DNA from: a virus
Strand: one strand, 5' to 3'
Virus record (IMG/VR): IMGVR_UViG_3300017917_003446
Coordinates: 51,473 to 115,472 of that record
Length of the DNA: 64,000 nucleotides
The notes beneath the pieces are model-generated. The model did not search any database. It worked only from the letters and a program-made list of their open reading frames with translations, and had not been told where the DNA came from. The position numbers and the translations under genes were made by a program. This document shows, piece by piece, positions 20,430-28,787 of the stretch (the stretch's first letter is position 1; each line of letters starts with the position of its first letter).

Positions 20430-21275
20430 ATGAGCAAAATTAAAATATCGGAGTTATTTTATTCTATTCAAGGTGAAGGCCGATTCATGGGTGTGCCTTC
20501 AGTCTTTTTAAGGACATTTGGCTGTAACTTTACTTGTGACGGTTTCGGTAAACCTAAAGGAGAAAAGAGTGACGAGCGAGACATCATTGCACAACACGCG
20601 GATCAGTACAAAAATTATAAATCTTTGCCTTTGGTTACTACAGGCTGTGATAGTTACGCTAGTTGGGATGTTAGGTTCAAGCATCTTAGCCCTGTTGTGT
20701 CTATTGATGTCATTGTTGATGCCATTCTACATATGCTACCTCATGGCAAGTGGACAAGTGAGCATCTCGTTATTACAGGAGGCGAACCACTCCTTGGGTG
20801 GCAAAGAGCGTACCCTGATCTCCTCTCGCATCCCGATATGGTCAATCTTCAAGAGCTCACGTTCGAGACCAATGGAACACAAAAACTAGAAGCAAAATTT
20901 TCTGAATATCTTAAGACTCATTGGCGTAAAGGTTGGGATAAGCTTACTTTTAGTGTAAGTCCCAAGCTAAGTGTTAGTGGCGAAAAATGGGAAGATGCCA
21001 TACAACCTGAAGTAATTGAACAGTATCAGGAACATGGATATGTCTATTTAAAGTTTGTAGTTGCAGATGAAAAAGATGTAGCAGAGGCAGCTATGGCGGT
21101 TGAATGTTATAGAGATAATGGATTTACAGGTCCAGTTTATCTAATGCCTATTGGTGGAGTAGAATCAGTTTATGCTATGAATAATAAAAATGTTGCATTG
21201 ATGGCAATGAAGAAAGGCTGGCGTTATAGTGATAGACTTCAGGTGCCGTTATTTAAAAATGAGTGGGGAACTTAA
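20430..21275 (+). CDS. queE: 7-carboxy-7-deazaguanine synthase (radical SAM)
   Basis: ELFYSIQGEG..G.PSVFLRTFGCNFTC...GCDS, TGGEP, ETNGT, SVSPK. Confidence 0.92.
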   Translation: MSKIKISELFYSIQGEGRFMGVPSVFLRTFGCNFTCDGFGKPKGEKSDERDIIAQHADQYKNYKSLPLVTTGCDSYASWDVRFKHLSPVVSIDVIVDAILHMLPHGKWTSEHLVITGGEPLLGWQRAYPDLLSHPDMVNLQELTFETNGTQKLEAKFSEYLKTHWRKGWDKLTFSVSPKLSVSGEKWEDAIQPEVIEQYQEHGYVYLKFVVADEKDVAEAAMAVECYRDNGFTGPVYLMPIGGVESVYAMNNKNVALMAMKKGWRYSDRLQVPLFKNEWGT

Positions 21276-22009
21276 TGAATAGTAAACTTGTAGAAGAAGC
21301 ACCGTATCATCCTGGATATGAGGGTGCCGTTTTTGGGCGCCCAATGAGTCAAGTGATTCGTGAACGTATAAAGGAAGGACAGGCTAGATTTTTTGCCAAT
21401 GATAATATTTCACCTTTTATTCATAATGAAGATGAGATTGAATTGCTTGTAGATGAAGTAGCAGATAAGTTTCAACAAGTTTTACATTCTTTGTGTATTG
21501 ATACTCTTAACGATCATAATACACAGGACACAGCACGTCGTGTGGCTAAAATGTTTATAAAAGAAACATTTAGGGGTCGCTATGCTAATCCGCCTAAAGT
21601 TACAGCATTTCCTAATGTAACAGAATATGATGAATTATATGTGACAGGTCCTATTACTATAAGGAGTACTTGTGCCCATCATTTTCAAAACATTGTTGGT
21701 AAAGCATATATTGGCGTATTTCCGGGCAAGAATGTTATCGGCCTTAGTAAGTTTAATCGTATCACGGATTGGATCGCTTCTCGCCCGCAGATTCAAGAAG
21801 AAATGACTGTTCAAATTGCTGATGCTATTCAGAAAGAAACCGAAGCAGAAGGTGTTGCAGTATTGATCCAAGCAGAACATCATTGTATGACGCATAGAGG
21901 TGTAAAGGAACATGAATCAGATATGACTACATCTGTTATGCGAGGCGCATTCAGAGAACATCCTCATTTGAAACAAGAGTTTTTTAACATCATTCATAAA
22001 ATGAAATGA
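21275..22009 (+). CDS. folE: GTP cyclohydrolase I
   Basis: TARRVAKM, STCAHH, GLSKFNR, RPQIQEE, HHCMTHRGV; TAATG overlap start. Confidence 0.95.
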   Translation: MNSKLVEEAPYHPGYEGAVFGRPMSQVIRERIKEGQARFFANDNISPFIHNEDEIELLVDEVADKFQQVLHSLCIDTLNDHNTQDTARRVAKMFIKETFRGRYANPPKVTAFPNVTEYDELYVTGPITIRSTCAHHFQNIVGKAYIGVFPGKNVIGLSKFNRITDWIASRPQIQEEMTVQIADAIQKETEAEGVAVLIQAEHHCMTHRGVKEHESDMTTSVMRGAFREHPHLKQEFFNIIHKMK

Positions 22010-23379
22010 AACTATATAGCAAACGAATAGCATTTTGTATTAGTGATCAACATCTTGTATCTCACGGTGGTATAGGTCAATTTGCCAAAGGATTTACTGA
22101 AATGGCAAATAGACTAGGTTGGAAAGTAGATATAATTATGGACAAGGCCCCAACAGGAGGTTTTAGTTCTGTTGTTGAGGGATTTGGAGCTACATTAGTC
22201 TATCCAACAACTTCAAATTCTTATTCGGAACATACTGGCACATTTGCATTTAATGATTCAGTAAATTTTGAGAAGATAATAAATTTTAGACGAGCATTAA
22301 TGTATGCTATGTCTATGAATCTTTATGATATGATTGTGTGCAATTCTATGGAGTCTATGCCCGCAGCATTCTCTCTTGATCTCGGTAGAAATATCCCTGT
22401 GGTATTTTATACACATGAAGAGTCTATGGTCTTTAGAGATACTAGAAAATTTAAAGGCGTATTTACAGAAAGTTGTAATGAATTTTTTAATAGATTAATG
22501 ACGGTAGAACATGCTTTCGTTGGCACACAATCGCAAAGAAATGTTGATGAATTAAAGTCGAATGGTAGTAACAATGCAACTTTGCTTCCAATGCCTATGT
22601 CAGAGCGAGATCTACTTACTCCTAACTATGAAGAAAGAACAGGTGTATTATACATAGGTAGATGGGAAGATAGAAAAAATCCAGAAGCATTTTTAGATGT
22701 AATAAAGAAGACTGGATTGCCTGCAAAAATTATTACAAATAGTAACGGAAAAAAGAAATTTGAAATACGTCTTGCTGAATTAGGTATTACAGATTATGAA
22801 TTAAAAGCCGGGATAGTAGGTAAGGAGAAAGTTGATTTTATAAAATCTGCAAGAGTGCACTTTAATCCTTCACTAAGAGAAAATTATCCATTTACATTCT
22901 TTGAATGTATGGGGCATATGCCAAGTATCGTTATAGATAAATCTGAATGGGTAACTAATTTCGATAAGAAATATTATGCTAGAATTAAAACAGAAGAAGT
23001 ACCTGCATTCATTAAAAAGATATATGAAAATATGAATCCTAAAGAATGGTATGATACTGGCGCTTTAGAATACGTAAAACAGTTAGATGAGAACACTGCA
23101 GATAAATGGGTAAACTTTTTGGACTCATACTCGCCTTCATCTATATCTAAATCTGATTCGGCAAAAATTAATACATATGATACAGTTAAATATTTGGATT
23201 TCATAAAAGAATTAAATAGAAAGTCTTTGGCTATCGAAGACATTAAAAGTGTATTGACAAATAAGCATAAGTATAATATAATCTATACTGATGACAACAC
23301 CTATCTATCAAAAGACAAACACTTTGTCCCCAACGAAAAGACTAGTAATAGTGCTAGTCTAGAGGATTTATTTGCATGA
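22006..23379 (+). CDS. GT-B (GT4-like) glycosyltransferase within deazaguanine cluster
   Basis: N-terminal HGGIG loop, YIGRWEDRKN, ENYPFTFFE (Ex7E); C-terminal SLEDLFA. Confidence 0.8.
   Translation: MKLYSKRIAFCISDQHLVSHGGIGQFAKGFTEMANRLGWKVDIIMDKAPTGGFSSVVEGFGATLVYPTTSNSYSEHTGTFAFNDSVNFEKIINFRRALMYAMSMNLYDMIVCNSMESMPAAFSLDLGRNIPVVFYTHEESMVFRDTRKFKGVFTESCNEFFNRLMTVEHAFVGTQSQRNVDELKSNGSNNATLLPMPMSERDLLTPNYEERTGVLYIGRWEDRKNPEAFLDVIKKTGLPAKIITNSNGKKKFEIRLAELGITDYELKAGIVGKEKVDFIKSARVHFNPSLRENYPFTFFECMGHMPSIVIDKSEWVTNFDKKYYARIKTEEVPAFIKKIYENMNPKEWYDTGALEYVKQLDENTADKWVNFLDSYSPSSISKSDSAKINTYDTVKYLDFIKELNRKSLAIEDIKSVLTNKHKYNIIYTDDNTYLSKDKHFVPNEKTSNSASLEDLFA
23254..23282 (+). promoter_or_regulatory. 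consensus sigma70 promoter internal to GT gene, upstream of dpdA
   Basis: TTGACA(23254-59)-N17-TATAAT(23277-82). Confidence 0.65.
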
Positions 23380-24659
23380 AGATTTTCGAATATGTGATTT
23401 CCGGTCCTGCGTATCTGCGCCTTGGTGCAGAACAATGTAACGACCCGGAAACACTTGACATGATTAATACTCTTATTTCAAAGACATGCCATAATCAAAA
23501 TAATCATACCTTCTCACTTTTGTATAACGGTTTTACAGAAAAGAACTTTGGTGCTAAACTACAAAAGTACAGACCTGCTATTAAACAGATTCACGCAGAC
23601 TCAGGCGGTTTGCAGATTATAACTCGAGGATTACAAAATACTCCTGAGGTAAGAGATAAAGTATATACCAATCAAGGCACTTATGCAGATATAGGTATGG
23701 CTTTTGATGAGATTCCTGTTAAGGCTACTCAGGATGGTAAATCATCTAAGATAGATACCAAGCGTAGATTCTTTGACAGAGAAAATTTTGATGCGTATGC
23801 TACTCAAACAGGCAAAAATGTTCGAGCACAAATAGAAAAATTTGCAGAACTTAAATCTAATTGTAGACCATTTGTAATTATACATGGCGCATCCCATGAT
23901 ACATATCAACAATGGGCGGAGGCAATTTTAAGAGAAGTATCTGAACCATTACATGATAGAATCGGTGGTGTAGCTATGGGATCAGCTGCACTTGGTATGG
24001 GGCAGTTAGAAGATGTAAAAAGAGCATTCTATGTTACTCTAATGCCTTTTAGTAAACCATTTCATCTACACGTACTTGGTGTTGGTGCATTAAGACGTAT
24101 GCTTCCTTATTTACTATTCAGTCAAACAGGTTTATATGATGGCATTGATATCTCTTATGATTCTACTACTCATTCTATGTCCTTGGATAATGGTCTCTTT
24201 TATTTCTCACACTATAAAAAGACTCCGGGCTCCGCGTATGGCGGTACGTCGGTTAAAATGGGACGAGAATACTCAAACATTTATAGAACAGTGACAGAAG
24301 AAATTAATAATGTTTGTGGTACTACTTACGAGCCAGAAGAATATCACAAGTTAATGAACTATCAGGTAACTGCCTATTTAGAAAAAGGTGGTAAGTTCAT
24401 AGATGTTATGAGAGCAAGATTAGCGTTTATTCTAACTAATGTACATAACTTTACTAAAGATGTTTCAGAACTTACTCAATCTAAAGAACAATTCTTAAAA
24501 TTTGCGAGAGACAAGGGTTGTGAAAATGAATATGCTACATTATTTGAAGTGAAAAATTTAACAGACTTTCTACATTGGGAAAAGCATGTGGGATGTCATA
24601 TGGAATCAGAATCAGTTGCAGATAAACCACCAGTATCGTTAGAGGATCTATTCGCATGA
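23376..24659 (+). CDS. dpdA: DNA-guanine transglycosylase (TGT/DpdA family)
   Basis: TGT-fold motifs ADSGG, FDEIP, GGVAMG, HLHVLGVG, SYDSTT; lacks the CxCxxC Zn site of tRNA TGT; clustered with folE/queD/queE. Confidence 0.8.
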   Translation: MKIFEYVISGPAYLRLGAEQCNDPETLDMINTLISKTCHNQNNHTFSLLYNGFTEKNFGAKLQKYRPAIKQIHADSGGLQIITRGLQNTPEVRDKVYTNQGTYADIGMAFDEIPVKATQDGKSSKIDTKRRFFDRENFDAYATQTGKNVRAQIEKFAELKSNCRPFVIIHGASHDTYQQWAEAILREVSEPLHDRIGGVAMGSAALGMGQLEDVKRAFYVTLMPFSKPFHLHVLGVGALRRMLPYLLFSQTGLYDGIDISYDSTTHSMSLDNGLFYFSHYKKTPGSAYGGTSVKMGREYSNIYRTVTEEINNVCGTTYEPEEYHKLMNYQVTAYLEKGGKFIDVMRARLAFILTNVHNFTKDVSELTQSKEQFLKFARDKGCENEYATLFEVKNLTDFLHWEKHVGCHMESESVADKPPVSLEDLFA

Positions 24660-25039
24660 TTATTAAACAAGACGTCAGACCAAGAACAGAAACCTATATT
24701 AAAATTAGAACTGAATTTGAAGGATATCATCGTTATCCTATTGCTAGTCAAATTGATCCTCGTATTGCCTTTCTTGAAAATGAACACAGGCATATGTTTA
24801 AGGTTGAGGTTAAAATCTCTGTATCACATCTTGATAGAGAGCTAGAGTTCTTTTTAGTTAAATGGGCACTGCAAGATTTTATCAAAGGCGGCAATATGAA
24901 TCATAAATCTTGTGAAATGATTGCTACAGATATTCTTGAACAACATCTTATTCCAAAGTATGGGCAAAGATTTTATGAGATTGTAGTATCAGAAGATGGT
25001 GAGTCTGACGGTATCGTAACATATTATCCGGGTGAGTAA
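24656..25039 (+). CDS. QueD-paralog T-fold protein, DpdL-like (candidate CDG decarboxylase)
   Basis: LENEHRHMF matches the LxxxHRHxF signature I recall for DpdL; SCEMIA and VSEDGE T-fold motifs; cluster lacks queC. Confidence 0.65.
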   Translation: MIIKQDVRPRTETYIKIRTEFEGYHRYPIASQIDPRIAFLENEHRHMFKVEVKISVSHLDRELEFFLVKWALQDFIKGGNMNHKSCEMIATDILEQHLIPKYGQRFYEIVVSEDGESDGIVTYYPGE

Positions 25040-26205
25040 TGGGCAAACTATATTATATGGGGCTGGAGCCTTACGAGGGCCGTTACACTTTGCAGTTACA
25101 GCATTGGAGTGAGGAAGTATTCAAGCGTAGAGGTATTGAATATGAGGTGATTCATGGTGAGTTACTTGATACTTCAAAGTCTATTGTTACGGGGCAAGTA
25201 TTAGATGCCCATGGTCGCAGCTATTATTCTTTGACACAGATGGCAAAACTTGTAGCAAAAATGAAGGCGGGTGAAGTAACTTGGGAAGATACTATTTTCT
25301 TTGAGGATATGTTTACTCCTGGTATGGAAGCATTGCCTTACATCATGGATCAGACTACTCCAGAATTTTGCCCTAATGTGTGGGTAAGATGTTTGGCACA
25401 AACTATTGATCCTGACGACTTTCTTCATGTGTGGCACATGGAAGAATGGATGAGTAAATATGAGCATATGGTCAATACATTTGTCAAAGGTGTTTTGGCA
25501 TCTAATGAAGAAATGGTTGCTCATATGAAAATTGCAGGTTGGAATGTTCCTATTCATAATATTTCTGGTCTAGCATTTGGTAAAGAAGAAGTACAATCTA
25601 GAGTATCTGTTAGAAAAGACTTTCATAATCGTAAAAGGCGTGTATGTTTTGCTGCTAGATTTGATCAGGAAAAGCAACCTAATTTCTTTATGGATATGAT
25701 CGAAAGATTAAAACCATATCATGATATAGAGTTTTGTGTCCTATCAGGTGGACCTTTGCGTAGTAATGATGAATTGATACTTCAAAGGGCAAGAGAACTT
25801 AAACAAAAAGGTATGTTAACTATTCATGAGAACTTGAAGAAGAATGAGTATTATGAAATACTAGCAGATTCCCGAGTATTGTTTAATTGTGCTCTACAGG
25901 ATTGGGTATCTAATACAGCATCAGAAGCAGACGCACTTGGTACTAATTGTTTATATCCTGCGTATCGTTCTTTTCCTGAGACTTTCGCAAATGATTCTGA
26001 GTGTTTGTATATTCCTTGGTCTTGTGAAGATGCTGACACTAAATTAATTAAATTGCTTAATAAGCCAAGGCAAAATTTAGGCAAATTATCTGATTGGACA
26101 AATGGCACTATTGATCGTTGCTTAGACATAATGTATGATGAATCAGGTCAATGGTATAGAGGCGGCATAAGGTATCGTAATCATGTCACAGAATCTAAAT
26201 ACTAA
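25039..26205 (+). CDS. second GT-B glycosyltransferase within deazaguanine cluster
   Basis: FAARFDQEKQP and DWVSNTASE (Dx7E) GT-B C-terminal motifs, YPAYRSFPE. Confidence 0.72.
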   Translation: MGKLYYMGLEPYEGRYTLQLQHWSEEVFKRRGIEYEVIHGELLDTSKSIVTGQVLDAHGRSYYSLTQMAKLVAKMKAGEVTWEDTIFFEDMFTPGMEALPYIMDQTTPEFCPNVWVRCLAQTIDPDDFLHVWHMEEWMSKYEHMVNTFVKGVLASNEEMVAHMKIAGWNVPIHNISGLAFGKEEVQSRVSVRKDFHNRKRRVCFAARFDQEKQPNFFMDMIERLKPYHDIEFCVLSGGPLRSNDELILQRARELKQKGMLTIHENLKKNEYYEILADSRVLFNCALQDWVSNTASEADALGTNCLYPAYRSFPETFANDSECLYIPWSCEDADTKLIKLLNKPRQNLGKLSDWTNGTIDRCLDIMYDESGQWYRGGIRYRNHVTESKY

Positions 26206-27175
26206 AAATATTTTAGTAACAGGAGCCGCCGGTTACATTGGCGGTATAACTTGTATTGAATTAAAACGTAAAGGATATAATGTTTATGGTGTAGATAGAA
26301 GATATTTTGCACACTTAAATAAATTTTACGATGAATTTTTACAGTGTGATTTTACTGATTATGAAACATATCTGTTAATTAAACGAGTAAAACCTGCAGC
26401 AATTATTCATTGTGCTGGTACAAGTTTAGTTGGTCCTAGCTTTAAATCTCCAGGTGTGTACTTTGATAATAATGTAGCCAGAACAAATCGCCTACTTAAT
26501 TTTATTAAAGATGAATTACCGAATACCAAGTTTATTTTTAGTAGTAGTGCAGCAGTATATGGTAATTGGAATAAAGATGCATATAGAGAGTTTGATGACA
26601 CTAAACCGGTGTCCCCTTACGGGCAAACTAAATTAATGGCAGAAGAGATACTACATTGGTATCATAAAGCATATGGTTTAAAATATGTTGCACTAAGATA
26701 TTTCAATGCGTGTGGCGCAGACCCTGAAGGTGAACACGGTCAAGAACCAGATGCTACACATATTTTTGCTAAATTATTCGATGCTGCATTGAACGATAAA
26801 CCTTTCAATTTAAATGGTGCAAATTTTCCCACAAAGGATAATACCTGTATACGAGATTATGTGCATGTAACAGATATTGCAGATGCACATATAAAATGTA
26901 TTGACACTGATACTCAAGGGATATATAATTTAGGAAGTTACAAAGGAACTTCTAATCTTGACTGTTTAGAATATGTTGAAACTTTACTAAAAAAAGAGAT
27001 TGTCGTAAATGTTCAACCTGCTCTTGAAGGAGACCCTGCTATTTTAGTGGCAGATCCTACTAAATTTACAGCAAAAACAGGATGGACTGCTTGGAGAACT
27101 ATACCTATGGTAGTAAACAATTTAGAAAAATGGTATAATTCTAATATCTATAAAAATTATCTCAAGCGGCCTTAA
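26183..27175 (+). CDS. galE: UDP-glucose 4-epimerase-like SDR
   Basis: TGAAGYIG, FSSSAAVYG, YGQTK, LRYFNACGA, CIRDYVHV. Confidence 0.88.
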   Translation: MSQNLNTKNILVTGAAGYIGGITCIELKRKGYNVYGVDRRYFAHLNKFYDEFLQCDFTDYETYLLIKRVKPAAIIHCAGTSLVGPSFKSPGVYFDNNVARTNRLLNFIKDELPNTKFIFSSSAAVYGNWNKDAYREFDDTKPVSPYGQTKLMAEEILHWYHKAYGLKYVALRYFNACGADPEGEHGQEPDATHIFAKLFDAALNDKPFNLNGANFPTKDNTCIRDYVHVTDIADAHIKCIDTDTQGIYNLGSYKGTSNLDCLEYVETLLKKEIVVNVQPALEGDPAILVADPTKFTAKTGWTAWRTIPMVVNNLEKWYNSNIYKNYLKRP

Positions 27176-27208
27176 GACGCTCATCCCGCTCAATAAATTC
27201 TGCGTGTC
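27165..27208 (+). ncRNA. candidate cis-regulatory H-type pseudoknot (preQ1-I-riboswitch-like) upstream of queD
   Basis: P1 AGCGG(27165-69)/CCGCT(27186-90), loop GACGC(27176-80) pairing with GTGTC(27204-08), A-rich linker AATAAA. Confidence 0.45.
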
Positions 27209-27234
27209 ATCAAACTTACTCAACGAGGCAAGAG

Positions 27235-27744
27235 ATGGCTTTAATCAACCTATCAAGACCATACAAATACACTAGTACAAAAGAATACCATGATGCATTT
27301 CCGTGTGCATATAGACAATGGCGCGCCGATAGTCATTGTAACTTAATACATGGTTATAGTTTTTCAATGAAGTTTTATTTTGGCACAGATCATTTAGATG
27401 TTCGTAATTGGGCGGCAGATTATGGTGGTCTAAAAGAACTAAAGAAAATACTTGAAGATCAGTTCGATCACACTTTGCTAGTAGCACAAGATGATCCAGA
27501 GCTTGAAACTTTTAAATTATTACAAGAAAAGAATCTAGCTAAACTAACTATTCTACCAAGACTAGGTTGTGAAGGTTTGGCAGATATGTTATACAAATAT
27601 GTAAATGGTGTTTATATCCCAGATATGTGGGGTCCTGGTGAAGCAGAAAGACTTTGGTGTTATCGTGTAGAAGTTAGAGAGACGCAAAGTAATATGGCAT
27701 TCAGAGAAGGGCACCGAGAATGGAACGAGGATTTGTTTAGCTAA
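27235..27744 (+). CDS. queD: 6-carboxytetrahydropterin synthase (QueD/PTPS family)
   Basis: SHCNLIHGY (CxxxHG), DYGGLK, FDHTLL, GCEGLA, VRET. Confidence 0.88.
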   Translation: MALINLSRPYKYTSTKEYHDAFPCAYRQWRADSHCNLIHGYSFSMKFYFGTDHLDVRNWAADYGGLKELKKILEDQFDHTLLVAQDDPELETFKLLQEKNLAKLTILPRLGCEGLADMLYKYVNGVYIPDMWGPGEAERLWCYRVEVRETQSNMAFREGHREWNEDLFS

Positions 27745-28787
27745 TGAAAATATGTTTACTAGGCGATACACATTTTGGAGTCAGAAATGACTCCAAAATC
27801 TTTCATAAGTATTTTGAAAAATTCTATAGTAATATCTTTTTTCCTGCCTTAAAAGAACATGGTATAGAAATAATAGTTCAGCTAGGTGATCTATTCGATA
27901 GAAGAAAGTATATTAATTTTTTAACACTATCTGAATCTAAAAGATACTTTTTTAACGAATTACGAAAACGAGAAATAGAATTACATGTTCTTATAGGCAA
28001 TCATGATATATTCTGGAGAGAAAACTTAGGAGTAAATTCTCCTAATCTTTTACTTAATGAATATTCAAATATACTCATCTATGAGGAACCCACAACATTA
28101 AAAATAGGGCAAATGTCTATTGATATTATACCTTGGATATGTAAAGATAATCAAGCTGAGATTTTAAAATTTATAGAAAACACTGAGTCTAATCATTGCT
28201 TGGGACATTTTGAGATATCAGGTTATGAAATGATGAAAGGTGTTGAAAGCCATGAAGGTATAGATAAAAATTTGCTAAAGAAATATAAGCATGTTTATAG
28301 TGGACATTTTCATACTGCATCATCTAAAGGTAATATTACTTATTTAGGTACGCCTTATGAACTTATGTGGTCCGATTGTAATGATCCAAGAGGATTTTAT
28401 ATACTTGATACAGTTACAGAAGAACTAGAATTTATTAAGAATCCATATACTATATTTACCAAGTATTATTACAATGAATACGAACATCAACCATTAGAAG
28501 AGGTTGAAGATAAATTTATCAAAATTATAGTAGTGGATAAGAAAGACTATAACTTGTTTGATAATTTTGTAGAAAATCTTTATAAAAATAATCCATCAGA
28601 AGTTAAAATAATTGAGGACATGTCTGAGTTCGAAAGTTCTGCGGTTGACGATAATATTAATTTAGAAGATACTATGACACTATTGTCGGAGTATGTTGAT
28701 GGTCTTGAAACAGATGCAGACAAATTAAGATTAAAAACTATTCTAAGAGAGCTTTATGTAGAAGCGCATGATTACGAGGAAACATGA
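27744..28787 (+). CDS. gp47: recombination endonuclease subunit gp47 (Mre11/SbcD-like)
   Basis: GDTHFG, LGDLFDRRK, GNHD, GHFE, SGHFH. Confidence 0.95.
   Translation: MKICLLGDTHFGVRNDSKIFHKYFEKFYSNIFFPALKEHGIEIIVQLGDLFDRRKYINFLTLSESKRYFFNELRKREIELHVLIGNHDIFWRENLGVNSPNLLLNEYSNILIYEEPTTLKIGQMSIDIIPWICKDNQAEILKFIENTESNHCLGHFEISGYEMMKGVESHEGIDKNLLKKYKHVYSGHFHTASSKGNITYLGTPYELMWSDCNDPRGFYILDTVTEELEFIKNPYTIFTKYYYNEYEHQPLEEVEDKFIKIIVVDKKDYNLFDNFVENLYKNNPSEVKIIEDMSEFESSAVDDNINLEDTMTLLSEYVDGLETDADKLRLKTILRELYVEAHDYEET

Noticed and set aside
23376-24659. Canonical tRNA-guanine transglycosylase / queuosine AMG
   Set aside because: No Zn-binding CxCxxC motif, no queC/queF/queA in the window, and the position and clamp-like tail favour a DNA substrate.
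21275-27744. folE + PTPS as folate/biopterin auxiliary metabolic genes
   Set aside because: Co-occurrence with queE and dpdA points to deazaguanine synthesis.
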